Part shown: in pieces, positions 25,036 to 33,261 of the stretch
How positions within the stretch are numbered: position 1 is the first letter of the stretch
Layout of the letters: each line of letters begins with the position of its first letter
Source of the DNA: Acutalibacteraceae bacterium
Lineage (GTDB): Bacteria; Actinomycetota; Coriobacteriia; Coriobacteriales; UMGS124
Length of the DNA stretch: 64,000 bases
Assembly (NCBI GenBank): GCA_963619535.1
Contig: CAVEWV010000002.1
Span: forward strand, 3,327 to 67,326
Reading direction: 5' to 3'
The notes under the pieces: model-generated
What the model was told of the DNA's origin: nothing
The model's input: the letters and a program-made list of their open reading frames with translations, nothing else
The model's database searches: none
Made by a program: the position numbers and the translations under genes

Positions 25036-26463
25036 TTACTGGGATTCCTTTGGCTGGGTCAGCGGCAAATGGAGCGTGAAGGTGGTGCCCACGCCCTGCT
25101 CGGAGTCGACACTGATGCGCCCGTGGTGGTGGTCGATGATCTCCTTGGTCACCGCCAGGCCCACGCCCAGGCCGCCCTTGGCGCGGTTGCGGCTCTCCTC
25201 GGCGCGCCAGAACCGCCCGAACACGCGGGGGATGTCCTCCTTGGCGATGCCGATGCCCGTGTCCTGCACACTGATGCACGCGCCGTCCTCGTCGCTGGAC
25301 ACGCGCACGGTGACGGTGCCGGGGGCGGGCGTGTAGCGCATGGCGTTGGAGATGAGGTTCGTCACGGCCTGGGTGATGGTGTCGCGGTCGAGCTCAACCT
25401 CAAGCTCGCCGTCGTCGGTGGCGTCCTCGAAGACGAGCTTCAGGCCCACCTCGTCGAGCATGGCTTTGTGCGTCGCGGCCAGGCCCGCCACGAAGTCCAC
25501 CGCGTCGACGGGGACGATCTTCATGGCGACGGAGCCGTTCTCCAGACGCGACAGCGACAGCATGCCGTCTACCAGGCGCGACAGGCGCGTGATCTCGCTG
25601 CGCACGAGCGCGAGGTGCTCCTGGTCGCAGTCGTACACGCCGTCCTGCATGGCCTCCACCGTGGCGAGCATGCTCATGAGCGGGGTGCGCAGCTCATGCG
25701 CCATGTCGTTGGTGAGGCGGCGCTCAAGCTCGCGGTCGTTCTCCACCTTCTCGGCCATCTGGTCGAACGTCTCGCCGAGCTGGCCCAGGTCGTCCTTGCC
25801 CGTGATGTTGCAGCGGGCCGACAGGTCGCCCTCCTTGATAAGGGAGGCGGCGTGCGAGATGAGGCGCACGGGCGAGGTGAGGGCCCGCGAGATGGCAAAT
25901 CCCAGCACCGCCGCCACGAGCACCGAGGCGCCGCCGGCGATGGCGATGCCCTCGAACGACTTGCTGCGGAACGACTCGTCGCGCTGAGTGAGCAGGTACT
26001 CCGAGCCGTACACCCACACCGACACCGAGCCGATGGTGGCGCCCGAGGTGCTCTTGACGTCGGTGGTCACCATTTGCGAGGCGCTGGGCGCCAGCGACAT
26101 GTCGGCGTCGGGCAGCGACGAGGAGGCCGACACCGTGGAGTCGTACACGGCGTTGCCCTTGGAGTCGCTGATCTGCACGCCGATGTCCTCGAGCGACTCG
26201 GCGCTCGAGGCGGCCGTCTCAAGGTCGCGCGCCGTCCAGTAGCCCTTGTTGGCATAGGAGCGCTCGAGCGTGGTCGCGGTTGAGTCGGCCAGCTCCTCCA
26301 GGGTGGAGCGCGTGTAGTTCTGGAACTCGTCGTTCCACAGCACGCTGAGCACCACCGCGTACAGGGCCGCGATGAGCACGGCCACCACGCCGAAGCTGAT
26401 GGCGACCCTGGCCCTGAAGCTCATCTTGGAGTTCATCGAGGCGCGTTGCTTGTCGTGCGCCAT
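25036..26463 (-). CDS. Sensor histidine kinase (two TM helices, HAMP, HisKA, HATPase)
   Basis: It has the H-box NDMAHELRTPLMSM, the N-box NLISNAMRYT, and G-boxes DTGIGI and GGLGVGLAV. Two hydrophobic segments bracket a ~140-aa extracytoplasmic loop. The start was moved to ATG 26463. Confidence 0.9.
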   Translation of the reverse strand: MAHDKQRASMNSKMSFRARVAISFGVVAVLIAALYAVVLSVLWNDEFQNYTRSTLEELADSTATTLERSYANKGYWTARDLETAASSAESLEDIGVQISDSKGNAVYDSTVSASSSLPDADMSLAPSASQMVTTDVKSTSGATIGSVSVWVYGSEYLLTQRDESFRSKSFEGIAIAGGASVLVAAVLGFAISRALTSPVRLISHAASLIKEGDLSARCNITGKDDLGQLGETFDQMAEKVENDRELERRLTNDMAHELRTPLMSMLATVEAMQDGVYDCDQEHLALVRSEITRLSRLVDGMLSLSRLENGSVAMKIVPVDAVDFVAGLAATHKAMLDEVGLKLVFEDATDDGELEVELDRDTITQAVTNLISNAMRYTPAPGTVTVRVSSDEDGACISVQDTGIGIAKEDIPRVFGRFWRAEESRNRAKGGLGVGLAVTKEIIDHHHGRISVDSEQGVGTTFTLHLPLTQPKESQ

Positions 26464-26567
26464 GGCATCTACCTCGCCCTCAAACGAAAAGCGCCGAACG
26501 CAGGCCACTCGGCCAGGCGCCCGGCGCACTATGGACAATCATACGTGCAAAAGATCAGCGCAAGCCC

Positions 26568-27284
26568 TTACTCGGCGTCTTCCTTCTTGGGGGCCTCGAA
26601 GCGGTAGCCCACGCCGTGCACGGTGTAGAGCCACTTGGGGTTGCGCGGGTCGTCGCCGAGCTTGGCGCGCAGGTTCTTGACGTGGGAGTCGATGGTGCGC
26701 TCGTAGCCCTCGAAGTCGTAGCCCAGGACCTTCTCGACCAGCTCCATGCGCGTGTAGACGCGGCCCGGGTAACGGGCGAGGGTGGTGAGGAGCTTGAACT
26801 CGGAGGCAGTGAGCTCGACCTCATGCTTGTTGACCGAGACCTTGTGGCCCGACACGTCGATGACCAGCTCGCCGAAGTCGAGGACCTCGAGCTGGGGGTC
26901 GTTGTCCTGGCGGGCGCGACGCAGCAGCGCGCCGACGCGGGCCACGAGCTCGCGGGGCGAGAAGGGCTTCACCAGGTAGTCGTCGGCGCCGAGCTGCAGG
27001 CCGATGATGCGGTCGTCGACCTCGCCCTTGGCGGTGAGCATGATGATCGGCACCTCGGAGGTGTCGCGGATGGCACGGCAGACGCGCTCGCCGGAGAGCT
27101 TGGGAAGCATGAGGTCGAGGATGACCAGGTCGAACTGGTGCTTCTCAAACTCCTCGACGGCCGACTGGCCGTCGCCGACGCCCACGACCGAGTACTTGTC
27201 CTCGCGCTCGAGATAGGCCGTCACCGCGTCACGGATGGGCTTCTCGTCCTCAACGAGCAGGATCCTGAACTTCTCCTGTGCCAT
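26568..27284 (-). CDS. OmpR/PhoB-family response regulator
   Basis: The receiver domain reads ILLVEDEKPIRD...DLVILDLMLPKLSG...LTAKG. The winged-helix output reads LTASEFKLLTTLA...YTVHGVGYRF. The start was moved to ATG 27284. Confidence 0.92.
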   Translation of the reverse strand: MAQEKFRILLVEDEKPIRDAVTAYLEREDKYSVVGVGDGQSAVEEFEKHQFDLVILDLMLPKLSGERVCRAIRDTSEVPIIMLTAKGEVDDRIIGLQLGADDYLVKPFSPRELVARVGALLRRARQDNDPQLEVLDFGELVIDVSGHKVSVNKHEVELTASEFKLLTTLARYPGRVYTRMELVEKVLGYDFEGYERTIDSHVKNLRAKLGDDPRNPKWLYTVHGVGYRFEAPKKEDAE

Positions 27285-27388
27285 GGGCAATCTCCTTCGC
27301 TTGCAAGAGCCACCGCGCAACGCAAGCACACCGCACTCGACGGCGTGCCACAGAGCGCTCACTATACATAGTCGCAGTGCAGTATACC

Positions 27389-28726
27389 CTACGTAAGCGA
27401 AAATGTCCTTACCAAAACGCTGGAAGGAATGCCCGAAGTGGCGTCTTTTATGGTCGCGTACGTGACGAAAACGTCAGTCGTTCCCTGCGTGGCGGGGTAG
27501 TCGCCATAGTCGGTGCAGCCGCTGGCGGCGCTTATGAGCGCGTAGGTCATGCGCTCGACGTCCACCACGAAGTACGACACGCGGCTCCTCACCACGTACA
27601 GGCCCGCGACGTTGCACACCTGGGCGGACGGCTCGCGCAGCACGTAATGGAACGGCCCCTCCCCCGGGCCGATGCAGTAGCCCATGGAGCCCAGGCGGCC
27701 GCCGTAGCCGTAGTCGGCCTCGATGCTGAAGGCAAACGACGAGCCGATGTAGGTCGCGAAGAGCGGCTTGACCGAAACGGGCAGCACGAGCTGGTCGAGC
27801 TGGGCGTGCTGGCCCGTGAGCGCAAGGGCCGTGATGCCGTAGTACACGCCCTCGTCGGCGTTGACGCGCGGGGCGAGCGTGACCACCCTGTCGGAGATGG
27901 AGGGGGCGCACCCGAAGCGCCCCGGCGAGTCCCACAGCTCCTCGCCCTGGGATGAGCCCAGCGTCCACACGTAGGCGTGCGAGTGCTCCTTGGAGCGCGG
28001 CCCCGACGGGTCGGGCATCACCTGCCACACCGCATAGGCCCCCGACGCGTCGAACTGGGGAAGCAGCCAGTCGGAGTCGCCCTCGGCAAGCTTGGAGATG
28101 CCGGCGGAGGCCTGCGTGATGGCGGCGCCCGTGAAGCTGCACGCGTAGAGCGCCCAGTCGAGCGTGGCGTTGTTCTCCTCGACCCACAGCACCATGTTGT
28201 CGGTGATGCGGGCCTCGCTCACCGCCCAGCCCTTGCCCGTGACGCCCTGCTCGAGCAGGACCGTGTACTCGCCGCTCGTAAGGTTCAGGCAGCCCAGGCG
28301 CGTGAAGGTGCGCCCGTCGGTGTTGGCCTGCACCACGGCGGCCCAGCTGTCGCACGAGGCGTACACCACGCAGCCCACAGGCAGGGTGAAGGAGGAAACA
28401 GGCTGATAATCCACCTGGTCCATGACGTCCATGAACGTGGCGATGACCCCGATGTTGCCGTCGTCGTCGGGCTGGCCGTAGGGGTTGCCGTCGGAGTCGG
28501 TCTGGGTGGAGGCATCGATGGGGGCGGAGGCGTCGGTGGTCGAGGCGGCGGCGTCCCCGGTTGTGTCAGACGATGCGGCCGCGTCTTGCTCGCCTGCGTC
28601 CTGGGAGGAGTCGGCCTGCGCCTGGTCGGCCTCGTCGGCCCGGGCGGCCCCGGCAAGGCCGGCGGCGAGCGTCGCCGCAAGCGAGGCCACGAAGCCCCGC
28701 CGTGAGGTCTGCGGCTCGCGCGGCAT
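27389..28726 (-). CDS. Tat-signal secreted protein of unknown function
   Basis: It starts MPREPQTSRRGFVASLAATLAAGLAGAARA (twin-arginine motif), followed by an acidic low-complexity linker and a ~330-aa beta-rich-looking domain. Its start lies 5 nt after the Rrf2 stop. Confidence 0.7.
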   Translation of the reverse strand: MPREPQTSRRGFVASLAATLAAGLAGAARADEADQAQADSSQDAGEQDAAASSDTTGDAAASTTDASAPIDASTQTDSDGNPYGQPDDDGNIGVIATFMDVMDQVDYQPVSSFTLPVGCVVYASCDSWAAVVQANTDGRTFTRLGCLNLTSGEYTVLLEQGVTGKGWAVSEARITDNMVLWVEENNATLDWALYACSFTGAAITQASAGISKLAEGDSDWLLPQFDASGAYAVWQVMPDPSGPRSKEHSHAYVWTLGSSQGEELWDSPGRFGCAPSISDRVVTLAPRVNADEGVYYGITALALTGQHAQLDQLVLPVSVKPLFATYIGSSFAFSIEADYGYGGRLGSMGYCIGPGEGPFHYVLREPSAQVCNVAGLYVVRSRVSYFVVDVERMTYALISAASGCTDYGDYPATQGTTDVFVTYATIKDATSGIPSSVLVRTFSLT

Positions 28727-28731
28727 GACGG

Positions 28732-29187
28732 CTAGCCCCTGTGGCCCGAGCCGATGCAGGAACCGGGCGTGGTGCCCGTGCCCTCGGAGTCGTTGACCAG
28801 GTCGGTGAGGGTGTAACCGTTCACGTAGGCGTTGATGAGCTTGTTGAGACCCACCCAGAAGCTGTTCGTCTCACAGTCGGACTGGCGCGGGCAGGCCTCA
28901 TCGCCCGCGAGGCACGACACGGGGGCCGTCGAGCCTTCCGTGGCACGTAGGATCTCGCCGGCGGTGATGTCGTCGGCCGAGCGTGCGAGCGTGTAGCCGC
29001 CGCCCTGGCCGCGGCTGCCCTCCAGCATGCCCGCCGCGCACAGCGAGCGGGCGAGCTGCTCGAGGTACTTGACCGAGATGCCCTGCCGCTCGCCTATCTC
29101 GCGCAGCGCGACACGGCCCGCACCCTGGTGGCGGGCGATGTCGATCATCATGCGCATGGCGTAGCGGCCCCTGCTGGAGACAAGCAT
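28732..29187 (-). CDS. Rrf2-family transcriptional regulator with cluster-ligand-like cysteines
   Basis: It reads SSRGRYAMRMMIDIARH...VALREIGERQGISVKYLEQLARSL (Rrf2 wHTH) and has the C-x6-C-x5-C motif CLAGDEACPRQSDC. Confidence 0.85.
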   Translation of the reverse strand: MLVSSRGRYAMRMMIDIARHQGAGRVALREIGERQGISVKYLEQLARSLCAAGMLEGSRGQGGGYTLARSADDITAGEILRATEGSTAPVSCLAGDEACPRQSDCETNSFWVGLNKLINAYVNGYTLTDLVNDSEGTGTTPGSCIGSGHRG

Positions 29188-29193
29188 GGCGTC

Positions 29194-29460
29194 TTACTTG
29201 CCCGCGAGCGCCTGGGCCTCGCGCAGGGCGCGGGCAAGCTGGTCGGCGCAGGAGGTGGGGCGGTTGCCGCAGGTGTTGCCGGCGATCTTGTCGGCGATGA
29301 CGTCGACGGGCATGCCGGCCACGAGCTTGCCGATGGCCTTGAGGTTGCCGTTGCAGCCGTTGGTGAACTCGACGGACTCGATGGTCTGGCCGTCGTCAGA
29401 CAGCACGACGTGGATGTTGCGGGCGCACACGCCGCTGGGCTTGTAGTCGGTCTCGATCAT
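29194..29460 (-). CDS. Small TSCPD-domain protein (TIGR03905-like)
   Basis: This 88-aa protein has FTNGCNGNLKAI and AGNTCGNRPTSCADQLARAL (a TSCPD-type motif). The start was moved to ATG 29460, with GGAGAGGAA upstream. Confidence 0.75.
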   Translation of the reverse strand: MIETDYKPSGVCARNIHVVLSDDGQTIESVEFTNGCNGNLKAIGKLVAGMPVDVIADKIAGNTCGNRPTSCADQLARALREAQALAGK

Positions 29461-29612
29461 GGATGGTTTCCTCTCCTTGGTTCCCATTCACAGCCGGCAG
29501 CGCACCGGCAGATACGGCCATTGTACCTGCAAAGCACGGCCCCGCACGCAACCTGCTGCAAACCGACACGAGAAGGGGCGCCCCCACCAAGAGACGCCCC
29601 TCCAAAAACGCC

Positions 29613-29838
29613 GCGCGCCAGGTTCCGCCCTTACAAACGCAGGTTCTGGCGCGCAAGGCGCACGGAGCCGTAGCGTACTAGACGTACACCAAAGGTGCGC
29701 ACCGCGCGTAAGGCTCCGTGGAACGCAGCGCGCCAGGTTCCGCCCTTACAAACGCGGGTTCTCGGCGGCAAGGCGTCGGGAGGCGCAGCGTACTGGACGT
29801 ACGTAAGCCTCCCGAGAACGCGGCCGCCGAGGTTCCGC
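29613..29838. repeat. Two tandem copies (~115-bp period) of the REP-like structured element, plus a terminal box
   Basis: GCGCGCCAGGTTCCGCCCTTACAAACGC boxes occur at 29613 and 29728, and GCCGAGGTTCCGC at 29826. The hairpins are CACGGAGCC/GGCTCCGTG (29661-29669/29712-29720) and TCGGGAGGC/GCCTCCCGA (29776-29784/29807-29815), enclosing GYAGCGTACTRGACGTAC...GTAA. Confidence 0.8.
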
Positions 29839-29840
29839 AA

Positions 29841-31079
29841 CTAATACCTATTGTCGTAGATGCGGGTGGACTTCTTTTCGGAGCGTGGTAGATCCCCGAT
29901 CCCCACGGCCTTGGGGACGATGGTGACGCCGATGCGGTTCTTGAACGTCTCCACCATGGTGGCCTCGATGTCGCGGCGCACCAAGGGGTCGTCGGAGTCG
30001 CACTCGAAGTACACGGTCATAATGTCCTTGCCCTGGAGGTGGTCGATCATCACCTGGTACTCGCTGGACACGCCGTCCACGGCGGCGCAGACCTCCTCCA
30101 CCTGGGCGGGGAACATGTTGACGCCCTTCACCTTGAACATGTCGTCGGTGCGGCCCACGAGCTGGGAGATGCGCGTGTGCTCGCAGCCGCAGGGGCAGTC
30201 GCCGGGAATGATGCTCGACAGGTCGTGCGTGCGGTAGCGGATGAGCGGCGCGCCCTCCTTAACGAGCGTGGTGATGACCAGCTCGCCCACCTCGCCGTCG
30301 GGCAGGTTCTTGCCCGTCTTGGGGTCGACGACCTCCACATACACGTAGTCGTCCCACACGTGAATGCCGCAGTCGCAGTCGCAGCTCACGCCCACGCCGG
30401 GGCCGTAAATCTCGGTGAGGCCGTAGATGTCGTAGAGCTTGACGCCCAGCGCGGAGGCGATGCGATCGCGCATCTTCTTGCCCCAGCGCTCGCTGCCGAT
30501 GAGGCCCTTGGTGAGGGCGAGCTTGTCGCGCACGCCCTCCTGGGCGATGCGCTCGGCGAGCAAGAGAGCATAGGAGGAGGTGGCGCACAGCACGGTAGAC
30601 TGCAGGTCCGCCATCATGCGCAGCTGCTTCTCGGTGTTGCCCGGGCCCATGGGGATGGCCATGGCGCCCATGCGCTCGGCGCCCAGCTGGAAGCCGATGC
30701 CGGCCGTCCATAGGCCGTAACCAGGCGTGATGTGGATGCGGTCCTTGGACGTGCAGCCGATGGCGCGGTAGCAGCGCGCGAACATCTCGGCCCAGTCGTC
30801 GACGTCCTTCTGGGTGTAGGGGATGATGACGGGGGTGCCGGTGGTGCCCGAGGAGGAGTGGATGCGGACGATCTCCTCGTCGGGGACGGCCTGGATGCCC
30901 AGGGGATACGCCTCGCGCAGGTCCGCCTTCTCGGAGAAGGGCAGGCGCTCGAAGTCCTCCTGGGTACGGATGGTGGACATGTCGATGCCCGCGAACTTCT
31001 TGGCGTAGAACGGGCTCTTCTGCTGGATGGTGTCCAGCTCCTTGAGGATGGCGTTGAGCTGGAACGGCTTCATCTTCAT
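29841..31079 (-). CDS. Phenylacetate-CoA ligase family protein (PaaK / coenzyme F390 synthetase-like adenylate-forming enzyme)
   Basis: It reads IHSSSGTTGTPVIIPYT, YGLTE and GELVITTLVKEGAPLIRYRTHD, is ~412 aa, and has an ACT-like C-terminus. The start was moved to ATG 31079, with GGGAGGGG upstream. Confidence 0.85.
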   Translation of the reverse strand: MKMKPFQLNAILKELDTIQQKSPFYAKKFAGIDMSTIRTQEDFERLPFSEKADLREAYPLGIQAVPDEEIVRIHSSSGTTGTPVIIPYTQKDVDDWAEMFARCYRAIGCTSKDRIHITPGYGLWTAGIGFQLGAERMGAMAIPMGPGNTEKQLRMMADLQSTVLCATSSYALLLAERIAQEGVRDKLALTKGLIGSERWGKKMRDRIASALGVKLYDIYGLTEIYGPGVGVSCDCDCGIHVWDDYVYVEVVDPKTGKNLPDGEVGELVITTLVKEGAPLIRYRTHDLSSIIPGDCPCGCEHTRISQLVGRTDDMFKVKGVNMFPAQVEEVCAAVDGVSSEYQVMIDHLQGKDIMTVYFECDSDDPLVRRDIEATMVETFKNRIGVTIVPKAVGIGDLPRSEKKSTRIYDNRY

Positions 31080-31244
31080 GGCGGGTATCCCCTCCCTATG
31101 GTCGGTGTGCGTCTGTTGCGCATGGGGCGCACTATAGCGCATCGGGGCATGGAAGAGCAGGTGCACCGGGGCAAATTCCAGGCTCCTCGGCGGGCGGATG
31201 CGCACGATAAGGCGGCATTTTGTGCTCCTCGGCCCCTTTCGTGA

Positions 31245-31279
31245 GTACTCGTTGGTACCAGTATGGTACTCGTTGGTAT
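31245..31279. promoter_or_regulatory. Phased direct repeats GTACTCGTTGGTA x2 (four GGTAY boxes at ~10-11 bp spacing) in the divergent paaK-like/mop intergenic region
   Basis: GTACTCGTTGGTA occurs at 31245-31257 and again at 31266-31278. A third copy sits at 33586-33598 upstream of the second mop gene. Confidence 0.35.
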
Positions 31280-31329
31280 TGAGACCCCCTCGATGGCTGT
31301 TTGGGACCCTCGGCCCCGGATGGCGGCCC

Positions 31330-31828
31330 TATAGTTCTCCTCGTCAACAAGGAGCGGCCAAAACGAAGGCCGCCCGCAACCGAAAGGACTTTCCCATGCT
31401 GAAGATCTCCGCTCGCAACCAGTTCGCCGGCACCGTCACCTCCGTGGAGAAGGGCGCCGTCAACGCCGTCGTGGCCATCGAGGTCGCCCCCGGCAAGATC
31501 GTCAAGGCCGACATCACCTGCGAGGCCGTGGACGACCTGGGCCTGGAGGCCGGCAAGCCCGCCATCGCCGTCGTGAAGGCCACCAACGTCATGTTCGCCG
31601 AGGCCGGCCAGCACCTGCAGATCTCTGCCCGCAACCAGTTCTGCGGCACGGTGACCAAGGTCCAGAAGGGCGCCGTCAACGGCCACGTGGCCATCGCCAC
31701 CGAGTACGGCCTGACCGTCTCCGGCTCCATCACCAACGCCGCCATCGAGGAGCTCGGCCTCGAGGAGGGCAAGCCCGCCGTCGCCTTCGTCAAGAGCACC
31801 GACGTGCTCGTGGCCGTCGAGGCCTAAG
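31330..31828 (+). repeat. Left copy of a 499-bp direct repeat (mop gene plus 66 bp of its upstream region)
   Basis: It aligns base-for-base by eye with 33650-34148 at an offset of 2320 bp. Only two mismatches were seen, both upstream of the ATG, and the encoded proteins are identical in the ORF track. Confidence 0.85.
31396..31827 (+). CDS. Di-Mop (tandem molbindin/TOBE-type) molybdate-binding protein, copy 1
   Basis: It has two repeats starting LKISARNQFAGTVTSVEKGAVNAVV and LQISARNQFCGTVTKVQKGAVNGHV. It is 143 aa, with AAAGGA upstream of ATG 31396. Confidence 0.85.
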   Translation: MLKISARNQFAGTVTSVEKGAVNAVVAIEVAPGKIVKADITCEAVDDLGLEAGKPAIAVVKATNVMFAEAGQHLQISARNQFCGTVTKVQKGAVNGHVAIATEYGLTVSGSITNAAIEELGLEEGKPAVAFVKSTDVLVAVEA

Positions 31829-31871
31829 CCCCAGCGACCCTCAAAGCACCACCCGGCCCCATGTGCCAAGT

Positions 31872-31916
31872 CCCCGCGCCCTCCCGCCTCACGCGGGCAA
31901 GGGCGCGGGGGCTTTT
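31872..31916 (+). terminator. Rho-independent terminator after mop copy 1
   Basis: The stem CCCCGCGCCCT...AGGGCGCGGGG (31872-31882/31900-31910) contains an inner CCCGC/GCGGG pairing and is followed by GCTTTTGCGTTT. Confidence 0.7.
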
Positions 31917-31942
31917 GCGTTTAGAGATAGTGAGCAGCGCAC

Positions 31943-33202
31943 CTAAGACCGCCGTTCCCTTGGAACACGCAAAGGCACAGGGCGCGACGGCTTCGCAGAC
32001 GACGTGTCTCCTCCAGGAGTTGCCAATGCCCGCTCGTATGCCGTGAAAGCATCCAAGACCTCCTGGGCAACATATATATTGCTCTTGCGATTCTTGGCGT
32101 TTTGTACCAGGATGCCCATACCCTCAAGCTGCTTGAGCGCCAAGCGTGCCGCCTGAGCGCTGCGCCTCGTCAGACGCGCGGCCGAAGCGACGCTGACAAC
32201 AGGATTGCTGGGAAGAACATCGACCAAGACGTCGGCACAAGAGTTTGCCCGTATAGAACCGCGAATTCGCCACTCTGCCTGCATGTCTTCCATGCGACGT
32301 TCAAAACCCTGAGCCCTTTCACAAGCAAGCAGCATCGCATTGGCGAAATACTCAACCCAGTCGCTTACGCAAGTCTGCCAAGCCGCATCACACTCGCTAT
32401 TACTTTCATATTGTGAGTCGTCGCAACGAAACGCAGCAAGGTTATTAATATAGCGTGCCTTGTCGGTTGCCAACACAAGCGAAACAGGCGGCACACTGTT
32501 TGGAATGAGGCCCGCACGGCGCAGCAGCATGTGCACAAGTGTGCGCCCAGTTCGACCATTGCCATCTGCGAAGGGGTGAATCGTTTCAAGCTGAGCGTGA
32601 GCAATTGCAGCCACTGCAAGCCCAGGTAGCTGCGACTCATTGCAGAAGAGGACCAGATCCTCCATAAGGTCACCGACATACTCTGGGCGCGGGGGGACAT
32701 AGGCGGCGCCGACAGGGTTAACGTTATTGCCGCCAATCCAATTTTGAACCGTGCGGAGCGTGCCTCCCTCGCCCTCCAGATGGGAGCCTTTGAGGAGCGT
32801 CGCATTAACGGTGCGAATGATATCCAAAGAAATGTCCGCGCCCTCGGCCACACTGGCAATGGCGTCATCCATGGCAGTAATATTCGCCATAATGGCCGCC
32901 TCTGCAGCATCAAGCCGGTGCGATACCCCCAGTTCATCGAGCGCCTCAAACTCGAGCAACCGGCCTGCGTTCATCTGGAGACCCTCGATTCGGGATGAAG
33001 CAAGCGCCTCAGAACGCAGAAGGAGACGTGCCAAAGGTTCGGTGTCGGTCAGACAACGGGCCTCTTGGTTGAGCAAGGCAACAGCCGTCTGGGCTCTTGC
33101 TATGGCAGATGCCGCCTCGGGCATCAATCTGATGTCTCGTCCTGCCAGCTTATCAGGCAGAAACGGATGGTATGTCCCGCTCTGGGTCTCACGGCGGTTC
33201 AT
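31943..33202 (-). CDS. Fic-family protein (AMPylase-type Fic domain, N-terminal inhibitory-helix motif, C-terminal winged-helix)
   Basis: The Fic motif is HPFADGNGRTGR (HxFx[D/E]GNGRxxR). SSRIEG matches the [S/T]xxxE[G/N] auto-inhibition motif. The C-terminus RLTRRSAQAARLALKQLEGMGILV looks like a wHTH. The start was set at ATG 33202 (MNRRETQSGTYHPFLP). The gene lies in visibly lower-GC DNA. Confidence 0.85.
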   Translation of the reverse strand: MNRRETQSGTYHPFLPDKLAGRDIRLMPEAASAIARAQTAVALLNQEARCLTDTEPLARLLLRSEALASSRIEGLQMNAGRLLEFEALDELGVSHRLDAAEAAIMANITAMDDAIASVAEGADISLDIIRTVNATLLKGSHLEGEGGTLRTVQNWIGGNNVNPVGAAYVPPRPEYVGDLMEDLVLFCNESQLPGLAVAAIAHAQLETIHPFADGNGRTGRTLVHMLLRRAGLIPNSVPPVSLVLATDKARYINNLAAFRCDDSQYESNSECDAAWQTCVSDWVEYFANAMLLACERAQGFERRMEDMQAEWRIRGSIRANSCADVLVDVLPSNPVVSVASAARLTRRSAQAARLALKQLEGMGILVQNAKNRKSNIYVAQEVLDAFTAYERALATPGGDTSSAKPSRPVPLRVPRERRS

Positions 33203-33261
33203 TCCCCATCCAGATGATTGCCAATAATCCGTTTGATACACGCCCACAGCCTGCGTCCTCC

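Noticed and set aside
28197-28205. TTGTCGGTG on the plus strand, also present at 40527-40535.
   Set aside because: Both lie inside minus-strand coding sequences and lack a TANNNT hexamer at the required 8-nt spacing.
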